64,000 bases of DNA from Cyanophora paradoxa CCMP329 (taxonomy: Eukaryota; Plantae; Glaucophyta), in NCBI GenBank assembly GCA_004431415.1, contig QPMI01000056.1, positions 372,001 through 436,000 of the forward strand. Direction: 5' to 3'. The first letter of the stretch is position 1, and each line of letters opens with the position of its first letter. The position numbers and the translations under genes are program-made. Of the stretch, positions 1 through 9,977 are shown piece by piece. The notes below the pieces were generated by a model. The model was not told the origin of the DNA. It made no database searches and worked only from the letters and a program-made list of their open reading frames with translations.

Positions 1-441
1 GGACCTGGACGAGGTGCTGGGCCCGCGGCTGCCCGACGAGCTCTTCCACCTCCTCGCCGCCGGCTGCCTCGAGGTGATTGATCCTTACTGTTTGATTTTG
101 ATGCAACATTACGTTACCTTCTAACGTTACGACCTTCTAACGTTACGACATACCTAAGACCTTTAATCTTTTGATCTTTAATGAGACCTAAGACTTTAGA
201 CGCCGCCGCGGCCGGCTGCCTCGAGGTGATCCATCCCTGGACCTCCAACCTCGCCTCATCCACGCCTCGCCCCTCATCTCCTGGCGCCGCTCACGCTCCC
301 GCCCCTCCTCCTCCCTCGCCCGCCCTCCCGCAGGCGTCGCTGCTGAGCGCGCTGGTGCTCGGCATGGACCGGGAGTTGCCCCCCCCCGTCGACTCCGAGG
401 CCTACCGCCGCGCCTCCGCCGGTGAGTCAAGCATCTAGATA
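1..441 (+). pseudogene. MKT1: 3'-truncated MKT1 copy (breakpoint b2); 5' part lies outside the window
   Basis: Exons DLDEVLGPRLPDELFHLLAAGCLE and ASLLSALVLGMDRELPPPVDSEAYRRASA match the full copy. Breaks at gtgagtcaagcatctagATA|gtgaac. Confidence 0.85.
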
Positions 442-933
442 GTGAACATAGTGCCAAAATGTCGCCCCGAAAACACGTTTTTTAGCAGGATCGGAAGACA
501 GCGCGCCCAGGCAGGTCCGAGGGGCGGTTCCGGGACGGACCTACTGGCTCAGAGCTGCTTGCGCTGGGCCCGCCGGGCGACGCCATAGTTGAGAGCTCGA
601 GTCCCTGCGCGCCGCCTTACAGCTGCCGAGGATGGGGCGACGGCTGCAGAATTCGAAGATGAGTACCTCGGACAAGCGAAAGCGTGTAGCTAGCGCGCCG
701 CCGGCGCCGCGGGTGAGCCGATGAAGCAAGCGATGTGTACTCCTCGCGTGCGCGGGCGCGGCGAAGACGCCTGCGGGTCGGGCGTGGCGCCGCGGGGCTG
801 AGCACGGCGTGCGCGCGGCAGTGCGCATGCGCAGCGGACGGAATTCGCGCGCTGCATGCATGGCCGGGCGCGCGGAAGTTCCTTTTTTTCCTATTCTTCC
901 CCCTGCGCTTCTCCCCCTGTTCATTCCCCCCCT

Positions 934-957
934 AAGTTAGCCACCGGTGGCTAACTT
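934..957. other. Perfect 24-bp palindrome AAGTTAGCCACCGGTGGCTAACTT (also 4622-4645, 14030-14053, 30941-30963)
   Basis: Directly visible self-complementary sequence. The last copy lacks one G. Confidence 0.9.
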
Positions 958-1048
958 GCGATCGAAGGTACAGAGTTCGGCCTCGTGAAATTGATCTCAT
1001 ACAAAACCAACGATGTCGTAGAACCCTAGACTATAGCTGCATGCGGAA

Positions 1049-1483
1049 TCAGGCTATCTGCAGTCCTACAAAAGCCTTGCACCGCTGCAGTAGCCCTTTT
1101 GCCTGCTCTTCGTTCGCGAAGATGTCAGGACGCCCCGCGCGGGGCGCGCGGAACCACTCTGTGGACGTGACCACAAATGGTGCGCATGCTGTCGGATCGC
1201 GCAGGTGGTGGCCACTGCACACCACCCGACCCCAGCGCGCGCGGGGAGAACAGGACCTCCAGGACCCGGTCGACCCAACACTTCGCTTTGAATGTAGACC
1301 CGGCGGTCGTGCGCAGCCCGTTGTTACTTTTGCAAGCGTCTCGACTCGAGCGCCACCTAACAGCATATTGAGAGCAGAATCGCAAGATAAGTTGCAGTAA
1401 GAAATGCACCGAGCTCAAGAATTGCAATTGCTTCAAAGCATTGAGCTCGTCCAGGGTCCGATCCCGGCAGTCAGGGGCGGGAG
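1049..1483 (-). pseudogene. Captured 3' end of an unidentified spliced gene (fragment X; also 4738-5171, 14146-14581, 31056-31486)
   Basis: Exon-like pieces (...DRTLDELNALKQLQFLS / ...KCWVDRVLEVLFSPRALG / EWFRAPRAGRPDIFANEEQAKGLLQRCKAFVGLQIA*) separated by plausible GT..AG introns. Fused out of frame to the TCF25 piece. Family not recognised. Confidence 0.45.
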
Positions 1484-2675
1484 CTCGACGCTGGCGGCCG
1501 GCTCGTCGTCGTCGAAGAGGGGCCGCCTGTGTAGGGCGGCCCAGCCCCTGGCGCCCTGTGAACGAAGAAGCAAAGGAGAGAGCCGCTCAGGACTCGGAAA
1601 GTAAAGAAGCTCAGAGGAAAGACGCTCGCCTTGTCGGAGTCCCGCCCTCCCCCGCACCCCGGAGTCGGGCTTGACGTTGTAGTTCTCGAGGAGGGGGCGG
1701 ACGGCGCCGGGGTACATGAGGACCGCCTGCCGCAGGAGGGCGGCGGCGAGGGCCGCGGCAGAGGGCGGGGCGGCGCCGGCGAGGCGGGTCCAGCGTGTGC
1801 GAGAAGAGGCGCCGGAGGACCTGCCGCGCTTCAGTCTTAGAGGAGATTCGGAGGGGCGCAGGGCACCGGCTCGTCGACGGGCGCGGCGCCGCCGTCCCGC
1901 GCCACGCGCATGAGCGCGTACGCTGCGAGCCCGGCTCGGCGCCAGGAAAAAAGGGGGGAGAGGCTAAGTGGGGGTACCCGAGGAGTTGAGGGCGATGGGG
2001 AGGAAGAGGGGCGGCTCCCGCCTCGAGAGGGGCGGCTCCCGCACGAACGAGGCGGAGCGCCCGGGGAGCGCCGGCGCCGCCACCAGCTCCAGAAGGAACT
2101 TGTACTCCCTGAAGAAAAATGAGGTGGGGGGGGGGGGGAAGTTGGGGGGGGGGGAAGGTTATGGGGTACCTGGCGCGGAGGGCGAAGTAGTCGATGCACT
2201 GGAGCACCCCCATCAGGTCACTGTCGGGGTCCAGCGCAAGCAGCAGCTTGGCCGTCTCTGGAGGTACGACGTTCGGTTCGAATCCGAGTAGGGGGAAGCG
2301 GTCGAGGGGGTACCGAGGGAGGTGCGGGAGCAGCCGCCGCGAATGAGCATCTGCAGGCGCCGGAAGACCAGGCCCTGGGGGTGGCGGGTGAGTCCGGAGG
2401 AGGGTACAGGTTATCCTCGGGGGTACAACGGGTTCTCTGCGCACTTGTTCTCCATGACTGCGAAGTCGAGGCGGCAGGCGCCGCTCGCCGGCTTGAACTG
2501 CGGGTGCCTGCCGGGGACGGAGCTCAAAACCAAGTGAACGAACTGCAGCGCAACGCATCCTCCGCCCCGCCGCGCCCGTGCCCGCGCCCCGCCCCGCACC
2601 AGGCTGCCTCGAGGCAGTAGAGGCGCGGTCGAGGAGCTCGGTCGCCGCGTCCAGCTCGCCACTGTACTTGTAGAT
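1484..2675 (-). pseudogene. TCF25: Internal fragment of TCF25/Rqc1 (ribosome quality control), introns retained
   Basis: Spliced reading: IYKYSGELDAATELLDRALYCLEAAW-HPQFKPASGACRLDFAVMENK...ETAKLLLALDPDSDLMGVLQCIDYFALRAR-EYKFLLEL...LLRQAVLMYPGAVRPLLE. These match conserved TCF25 motifs as I recall them. N- and C-terminal parts are absent. Confidence 0.88.
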
Positions 2676-3239
2676 CTGAGGCCGGCCCGCCGGCTTCAGG
2701 CCCCGGGCCAGGCTTCGTGTGCTCGGGGTTCGTGTGCTCGGGGAGGGGCGGGCCCGGGGCCCGGGGCAGGGCCGGGGGAGGGCGGGGCCAGGGGGAGGGC
2801 GGGCCCGGGGCCCGGGGCGGGCCGGGGGAGGGCGCGCCCGGGCCCGGGGCGGGCCGGGGGGAGAGGCGGGGCTGGGGAGAGGGGCGGGGCCGGGGGGAGG
2901 GGCGGGGCCGGGGGAGGCGGAAGGGCGGGGCGGGGCCCTCCGAAGAGGGGCTGGGAGAGGGGAAGGAGGTCCACGTCCTCTCTTCCCCCCGAAGAGGGCA
3001 CTCCGGGGGTAGGGAGGTCCGCCTCCTCTCTCCGGGGGTCAGCATGCTGCGGAGACGGGCATAAGACACCGAAAACCAGCGATCGCTTGGCCAATGAGAA
3101 GGCTGTGGACGTCAAGCCCGCGGCGACCGTTAGAACTGAGAACACAGAAGCGATCGCCGGCCCAGCAGCTCTTTGTTAGAGATCGGATCCGCTGGGTATG
3201 GCGCCGAACACAAAGCGATCGCCGAGCAATGAGAAGGCT

Positions 3240-3544
3240 CTATGCGCGGGGCAGAGATGTAGCGATCGCATTGAATAGAGAATCTCTATGCGAGCATGCC
3301 CACAGCGCTACGGAGGCGGGCACGCACTGCAGGCGTTGGCGTTGGCTGGTGCGACGAACTTGAAGCAGCTCCTGCGCAAGCGATCGCCGGTCTATGCGCG
3401 GGGCAGAGATGTAGCGATCGCATTGAATAGAGAATCTCTATGCGAGCATGCCCACAGCGCTACGGGAGGCGGGCACGCACTGCAGGCGTTGGCGTTGGCT
3501 GGTGCGACGAACTTGAAGCAGCTCCTGCGCAAGCGATCGCCGGT
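3240..3544 (+). repeat. ~153-bp unit: 2 tandem copies after each element A, 1 copy after each element B
   Basis: ctatgcgcggggcagagatgtagcgatcgc...caagcgatcgccggt is repeated. Period is 153 at 6919/7072. Two GCGATCGC per unit. Confidence 0.92.
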
Positions 3545-3700
3545 CAGAGAGCCTTCTCATCGCTTCGGCGATCGCTAGGCCCTGGTACCGAGTACTCCGG
3601 GGCGATCGCTAGCGCGAACCGTCGGACGACGGACGCGGCGCCGGCGATCGCTTGAAAAAGGCCCCGGCCCGATCCGAGCCCATGGCCGGCGGGCATAGTG

Positions 3701-4294
3701 AACATAGTGCCAAAATGTCGCCCCGAAAACACGTTTTTTAGCAGGATCGGAAGACAGCGCGCCCAGGCAGGTCCGAGGGGCGGTTCCGGGACGGACCTAC
3801 TGGCTCAGAGCTGCTTGCGCTGGGCCCGCCGGGCGACGCCATAGTTGAGAGCTCGAGTCCCTGCCGACGCCCTGAAACCGCAGTACTCCGGGGCGATCGC
3901 TAGCGCGAACCGTCGGAACATAGTGCCAAAATGTCGCCCCGAAAACACGTTTTTTAGCAGGATCGGAAGACAGCGCGCCCAGGCAGGTCCGAGGGGCGGT
4001 TCCGGGACGGACCTACTGGCTCAGAGCTGCTTGCGCTGGGCCCGCCGGGCGACGCCATAGTTGAGAGCTCGAGTCCCTGCCGACGCCCTGAAACCGCAGT
4101 ACTCCGGGGCGATCGCTAGCGCGAACCGTCGGAACATAGTGCCAAAATGTCGCCCCGAAAACACGTTTTTTAGCAGGATCGGAAGACAGCGCGCCCAGGC
4201 AGGTCCGAGGGCGGTTCCGGGACGGACCTACTGGCTCAGAGCTGCTTGCGCTGGCCCGCCGGGCGACGCCATAGTTGAGAGCTCGAGTCCCTGC
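3701..4294 (+). repeat. 216-bp tandem repeat (2 full units plus a partial) inside the left arm of element A
   Basis: aacatagtgccaaaatg starts at 3701, 3917 and 4133. The linker re-uses agtactccggggcgatcgctagcgcgaaccgtcgg from 3591-3625. Confidence 0.92.
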
Positions 4295-5171
4295 GCGCCG
4301 CCTTACAGCTGCCGAGGATGGGGCGACGGCTGCAGAATTCGAAGATGAGTACCTCGGACAAGCGAAAGCGTGTAGCTAGCGCGCCGCCGGCGCCGCGGGT
4401 GAGCCGATGAAGCAAGCGATGTGTACTCCTCGCGTGCGCGGGCGCGGCGAAGACGCCTGCGGGTCGGGCGTGGCGCCGCGGGGCTGAGCACGGCGTGCGC
4501 GCGGCAGTGCGCATGCGCAGCGGACGGAATTCGCGCGCTGCATGCATGGCCGGGCGCGCGGAAGTTCCTTTTTTTCCTATTCTTCCCCCCTGCGCTTCTC
4601 CCCCCTGTTCATTCCCCCCCTAAGTTAGCCACCGGTGGCTAACTTGCGATCGAAGGGTACAGAGTTCGGCCTCGTGAAATTGATCTCATACAAAACCAAC
4701 GATGTCGTAGAACCCTAGACTATAGCTGCATGCGGAATCAGGCTATCTGCAGTCCTACAAAAGCCTTGCACCGCTGCAGTAGCCCTTTTGCCTGCTCTTC
4801 GTTCGCGAAGATGTCAGGACGCCCCGCGCGGGGCGCGCGGAACCACTCTGTGGACGTGACCACAAATGGTGCGCATGCTGTCGGATCGCGCAGGTGGTGG
4901 CCACTGCACACCACCCGACCCCAGCGCGCGCGGGAGAACAGGACCTCCAGGACCCGGTCGACCCAACACTTCGCTTTGAATGTAGACCCGGCGGTCGTGC
5001 GCAGCCCGTTGTTACTTTTGCAAGCGTCTCGACTCGAGCGCCACCTAACAGCATATTGAGAGCAGAATCGCAAGATAAGTTGCAGTAAGAAATGCACCGA
5101 GCTCAAGAATTGCAATTGCTTCAAAGCATTGAGCTCGTCCAGGGTCCGATCCCGGCAGTCAGGGGCGGGAG

Positions 5172-6360
5172 CTCGACGCTGGCGGCCGGCTCGTCGTCGT
5201 CGAAGAGGGGCCGCCTGTGTAGGGCGGCCCAGCCCCTGGCGCCCTGTGAACGAAGAAGCAAAGGAGAGAGCCGCTCAGGACTCGGAAAGTAAAGAAGCTC
5301 AGAGGAAAGACGCTCGCCTTGTCGGAGTCCCGCCCCTCCCCCGCACCCCGGAGTCGGGCTTGACGTTGTAGTTCTCGAGGAGGGGGCGGACGGCGCCGGG
5401 GTACATGAGGACCGCCTGCCGCAGGAGGGCGGCGGCGAGGGCCGCGGCAGAGGGCGGGGGCGGCGCCGGCGAGGCGGGGTCCAGCGTGTGCGAGAAGAGG
5501 CGCCGGAGGACCTGCCGCGCTTCAGTCTTAGAGGAGATTCGGAGGGGCGCAGGGCACCGGCTCGTCGACGGGCGCGGCGCCGCCGTCCCGCGCCACGCGC
5601 ATGAGCGCGTACGCTGCGAGCCCGGCTCGGCGCCAGGAAAAAAGGGGGAGAGGCTAAGTGGGGTACCGAGGAGTTGAGGGCGATGGGGAGGAAGAGGGGC
5701 GGCTCCCGCCTCGAGAGGGGCGGCTCCCGCACGAACGAGGCGGAGCGCCCGGGGAGCGCCGGCGCCGCCACCAGCTCCAGAAGGAACTTGTACTCCCTGA
5801 AGAAAAATGAGGTGGGGGGGGGGGAAGTTGGGGGGGGGGGAAGGTTATGGGGTACCTGGCGCGGAGGGCGAAGTAGTCGATGCACTGGAGCACCCCCATC
5901 AGGTCACTGTCGGGGTCCAGCGCAAGCAGCAGCTTGGCCGTCTCTGGAGGTACGACGTTCGGTTCGAATCCGAGTAGGGGGAAGCGGTCGAGGGGTACCG
6001 AGGGAGGTGCGGGAGCAGCCGCCGCGAATGAGCATCTGCAGGCGCCGGAAGACCAGGCCCTGGGGGTGGCGGGGTGAGTCCGGAGGAGGTACAGGTTATC
6101 CTCGGGGTACAACGGGTTCTCTGCGCACTTGTTCTCCATGACTGCGAAGTCGAGGCGGCAGGCGCCGCTCGCCGGCTTGAACTGCGGGTGCCTGCCGGGG
6201 ACGGAGCTCAAAACCAAGTGAACGAACTGCAGCGCAACGCATCCTCCGCCCCGCCGCGCCCGTGCCCGCGCCCCGCCCCGCACCAGGCTGCCTCGAGGCA
6301 GTAGAGGGCGCGGTCGAGGAGCTCGGTCGCCGCGTCCAGCTCGCCACTGTACTTGTAGAT
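5172..6360 (-). pseudogene. TCF25: TCF25/Rqc1 internal fragment, copy 2
   Basis: Near-identical to 1484-2675. Confidence 0.86.
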
Positions 6361-7224
6361 CTGAGGCCGGCCCGCCGGCTTCAGGCCCCGGGCCAGGCTT
6401 CGTGTGCTCGGGGTTCGTGTGCTCGGGGAGGGGCGGGCCCGGGCCCGGGCAGGGCCGGGGGAGGGCGGGCCAGGGGGAGGGGCGGGCCCGGGGCCCGGGC
6501 GGGGCCGGGGGAGGGGCGCGCCCGGGCCCGGGGCGGGCCGGGGGGAGAGGCGGGGCTGGGAGAGGGGCGGGCCGGGGGAGGGGCGGGCCGGGGGAGGCGG
6601 AAGGGCGGGGCGGGGCCCTCCGAAGAGGGGCTGGGAGAGGGGAAGGAGGTCCACGTCCTCTCTTCCCCCCGAAGAGGGCACTCCGGGGGTAGGGAGGTCC
6701 GCCTCCTCTCTCCGGGGTCAGCATGCTGCGGAGACGGGCATAAGACACCGAAAACCAGCGATCGCTTGGCCAATGAGAAGGCTGTGGACGTCAAGCCCGC
6801 GGCGACCGTTAGAACTGAGAACACAGAAGCGATCGCCGGCCCAGCAGCTCTTTGTTAGAGATCGGATCCGCTGGGTATGGCGCCGAACACAAAGCGATCG
6901 CCGAGCAATGAGAAGGCTCTATGCGCGGGGCAGAGATGTAGCGATCGCATTGAATAGAGAATCTCTATGCGAGCATGCCCACAGCGCTACGGGAGGCGGG
7001 CACGCACTGCAGGCGTTGGCGTTGGCTGGTGCGACGAACTTGAAGCAGCTCCTGCGCAAGCGATCGCCGGTCTATGCGCGGGGCAGAGATGTAGCGATCG
7101 CATTGAATAGAGAATCTCTATGCGAGCATGCCCACAGCGCTACGGGAGGCGGGCACGCACTGCAGGCGTTGGCGTTGGCTGGTGCGACGAACTTGAAGCA
7201 GCTCCTGCGCAAGCGATCGCCGGT

Positions 7225-8957
7225 CAGAGAGCCTTCTCATCGCTTCGGCGATCGCTAGGCCCTGGTACCGAGTACTCCGGGGCGATCGCTAGCGCGAACC
7301 GTCGGACGACGGACGCGGCGCCGGCGATCGCTTGAAAAAGGCCCCGGCCGATCCGAGCCCATGGCCGGCGGGCATAGTGAACATAGTGCCAAAATGTCGC
7401 CCCGAAAACACGTTTTTTAGCAGGATCGGAAGACAGCGCGCCCAGGCAGGTCCGAGGGGCGGTTCCGGGACGGACCTACTGGCTCAGAGCTGCTTGCGCT
7501 GGGCCCGCCGGGCGACGCCATAGTTGAGAGCTCGAGTCCCTGCGCGCCGCCTTACAGCTGCCGAGGATGGGGCGACGGCTGCAGAATTCGAAGATGAGTA
7601 CCTCGGACAAGCGAAAGCGTGTAGCTAGCGCGCCGCCGGCGCCGCGGGTGAGCCGATGAAGCAAGCGATGTGTACTCCTCGCGTGCGCGGGCGCGGCGAA
7701 GACGCCTGCGGGTCGGGCGTGGCGCCGCGGGGCTGAGCACGGCGTGCGCGCGGACAGTGTCGGGCACCAGCGCAGCCCGCGCACCGCAGACACTTCAGAT
7801 GCGCGCAAGAGACGATGATGTAAAGCTAGCCGCCGTGAAAGCCTGACGGCAGATGAGCTGGCCGTGAAGGAAAGAATGCGCGGCGGTTGGCTGCGTGAGA
7901 GCGGACCGGAAGGGATGCGACGCGACCCGCGCCGTTGTAGTCTGACATAACGGAGGTGTGTGTAGGCGAAACGAGGGCGTCCCGCGTCCAGCGAAGCCTC
8001 CCGAACAGCGCGCGCCACACACACGCGGCGGCCCACCGCCAGCGAAGCCGTCGTGGTCTCGAAAGCTCTGAAGCCGTACGGAGAGGTAAGTGAGGGCGCG
8101 AAGAACGACATCAAAGACCGAGGATACCAGATCTCTTTGTGACGGCGATGGCGGACGCCCTGCTTAACGCCGGGCTGGACGCGCTTATAGAGCTGGCGAA
8201 AGCGGAACTCGACGATGACGATGATGAAGAACACGAGTGTGATGCTATGGTCGAGGAGGAGGCCGTGGCTGTAGTCGGGTGTAGCAGCCAAGGCGGCGGA
8301 GCTTCTGGCGCAGGCGAGGCGGTCGCCTGCCACAAGTAAGACGCAGTACGCAGGTCAGAAGCGAAATGGCCGACCAAGGCAAGCCTGGAAGCTCGAACGA
8401 CAGGAACGGTGCTTGCTGCTCTTCTGGCGGCCGAAACGGGTCGGAACTTGATTAAACATGGCTGCGGTCTATCAAAATGCGCCTCCAATGCTCTATTTAG
8501 CGCGCAGGAGCTGCGGGAGCTGCGTCTCGCTCTCAGAACGGGTACAGGAACGCTTTCGTTTACTCTACCCCTGCTCGAGTTCTCCCCGAGTCAGCAACAG
8601 TCACGAGTTCTCCCAACATCGTCCGCGCCCCGGCTTCGAAGAAGATACAGCGATTTCACAAAGCATTTAACACACTTTCACCAAGTTTCACGTGGGAAGA
8701 ACGTGCTCGATCGCGCCGCCCAGGCAAGCACCAGGCACGGGGGGTGGAAGCACTGCCTGGATACTGGCTTTCGCCCATTCATCCGTGTTCAGCGATCGCT
8801 TGGCCAATGAGAAGGCTGTGGACGTCAAGCCCGCGGCGACCGTTAGAACTGAGAACACAGAAGCGATCGCCGGCCCAGCAGCTCTTTGTTAGAGATCGGA
8901 TCCGCTGGGTATGGCGCCGAACACAAAGCGATCGCCGAGCAATGAGAAGGCTCTATG
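7225..8957. mobile_element. Element B, complete non-autonomous TIR element (~1.73 kb)
   Basis: Left TIR 7225-7255 and right TIR 8928-8957, with three GCGATCGC per end. The interior is a decayed spliced gene. Confidence 0.75.
7594..8790 (+). pseudogene. Decayed spliced gene inside element B (possible transposase 5' relic)
   Basis: MSTSDKRKRVASAPPAP-[gtgag..acag]-..DARKRR*CKASRRESLTADELAVKERMRG-[gt..ctgac..tag]-AKRGRPASSEA...MADALLNAGLDALIELAKAELDDDDDEEHE. Stops and frameshifts are shared by the copies. No DDE core recognised. Confidence 0.4.
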
Positions 8958-9778
8958 CGCGGGGCAGAGATGTAGCGATCGCATTGAATAGAGAATCTCT
9001 ATGCGAGCATGCCCACAGCGCTACGGGAGGCGGGCACGCACTGCAGGCGTTGGCGTTGGCTGGTGCGACGAACTTGAAGCAGCTCCTGCGCAAGCGATCG
9101 CCGGTCTCAGAGTAGAGCTCGAGCTTCAGATTCATGCGATACTGAACCCTTACCCGTTCATTCTGGACGGTGACGCGGAGATCAATCCTATCATCGGGGT
9201 AATTGATCTAAATTTCTGTTAGCAATGGCCACGTGCTGACTAGTACTCGGAGGCCCGTAAGTTGGCCCATCCATTGGCCCGGACCGTTGGCGTCCGTCGC
9301 CGTAACGGCCGCCCTCCCAGGAGACTGTTAATGACGCCATTATGACGGTACCGATGATACTTGACGCAGAATGGACCAATCGCGCAACGCCGGCCAAGCG
9401 TTTTTTCTCGCCGTCTAAAAATTCGTGGGCCGACTGATTTTCCCCGCCATGAGGCCGGTTTGGGGGGTACACCCTCCGGCGTGTCGACATCTCATCATAA
9501 GCCGGAGCACGCCGCGATGGGCGCCCGAGCGCTGGGAGCAACGCATATGTGAGCCTCTCTCTTAGTGTGCGACCGTACGAAGTGCAAACTAGCTCCCTAT
9601 GCGCCTGGAGCACTTTTTCAGCAATCCTGCGAAGTCCGCTGGGGGAGCCGACATCGACGTTCGACAGCGCAAGCCGATCTGTATGAGCGGCCTGTGAGCG
9701 AATCCCTCGCTCCCGGCGGTGCCTCAGCCGCGCGGACTCGATCTTGGCGGACCACGAGCGACCGACGGCGCCCCCGGT

Positions 9779-9973
9779 ATGCCGGTACGAGGCCTAGCTG
9801 GTGCGCATGGATTGCCCTGCGACAAGTTACGAAGGGCGTCGCGCGTATGCGCCTCCCTGACCCGCGTGACCGCAGAGTTCCTGAGGGACCGCGGTCTCCT
9901 CCGGACCGATTCGATAGAGGCGTTGCGAGGCACCTCTATAGGTGCGGCCTGGCATTTTCCTCTTTAGACGTTC
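9779..9973 (+). pseudogene. MKT1: MKT1 exons 1-2 only (breakpoint b1), with upstream region 9106-9778
   Basis: MPVRGLA-EFLRDRGLLRTDSIEALRGTSI, then intron 2 breaks at ttagacgttc|tctc|cgaacgacagg. Confidence 0.85.
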
Positions 9974-9977
9974 TCTC

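Larger units (their letters stand above)
439..3244. mobile_element. Element A (Pack-type TIR element), left end removed by junction b2
   Basis: Same content as 3545-6923 minus the left TIR and the 216-bp duplication. Right TIR at 3215-3244. Confidence 0.7.
3545..6923. mobile_element. Element A, complete: TIR-bounded non-autonomous element carrying captured TCF25 and gene-X fragments
   Basis: Left TIR CAGAGAGCCTTCTCATCGCTTCGGCGATCGC (3545-3575). Right TIR reverse complement CATAGAGCCTTCTCATTGCTCGGCGATCGC (6894-6923). Both arms are shared with element B. No target-site duplication found. Confidence 0.72.

Noticed and set aside
431-445. Helitron 3' end (CTAG) at junction b2 and a rolling-circle origin for the array
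   Set aside because: The CTAG is native MKT1 intron sequence, has no upstream hairpin and is followed by A. Array units do not share a fixed 5' start, and no Rep/helicase is present.
3079-3651. CRISPR-like array or integron-type cassette array suggested by recurring short palindromic motifs
   Set aside because: Spacing is irregular, the intervening sequences are identical between units rather than unique spacers, there is no cas or integrase gene, and the context is eukaryotic.
3079-3651. Cyanobacterial or plastid-derived DNA insertion implied by HIP1 octamers
   Set aside because: No bacterial-type genes are nearby, and the octamers are confined to element ends rather than dispersed as in cyanobacterial DNA.
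7476-8333. 285-aa minus-strand ORF (and copies), plus other long Arg/Gly/Pro-rich ORFs such as 9565-10698 and 5654-6748
   Set aside because: No recognisable domain. They cross module junctions or introns and are expected by chance at this GC content. Conservation between copies only reflects recent duplication.
7217-8965. Target-site duplication around element B
   Set aside because: The flanks TCGCCGGT and CGCGGGGC do not match, so the superfamily assignment stays tentative.
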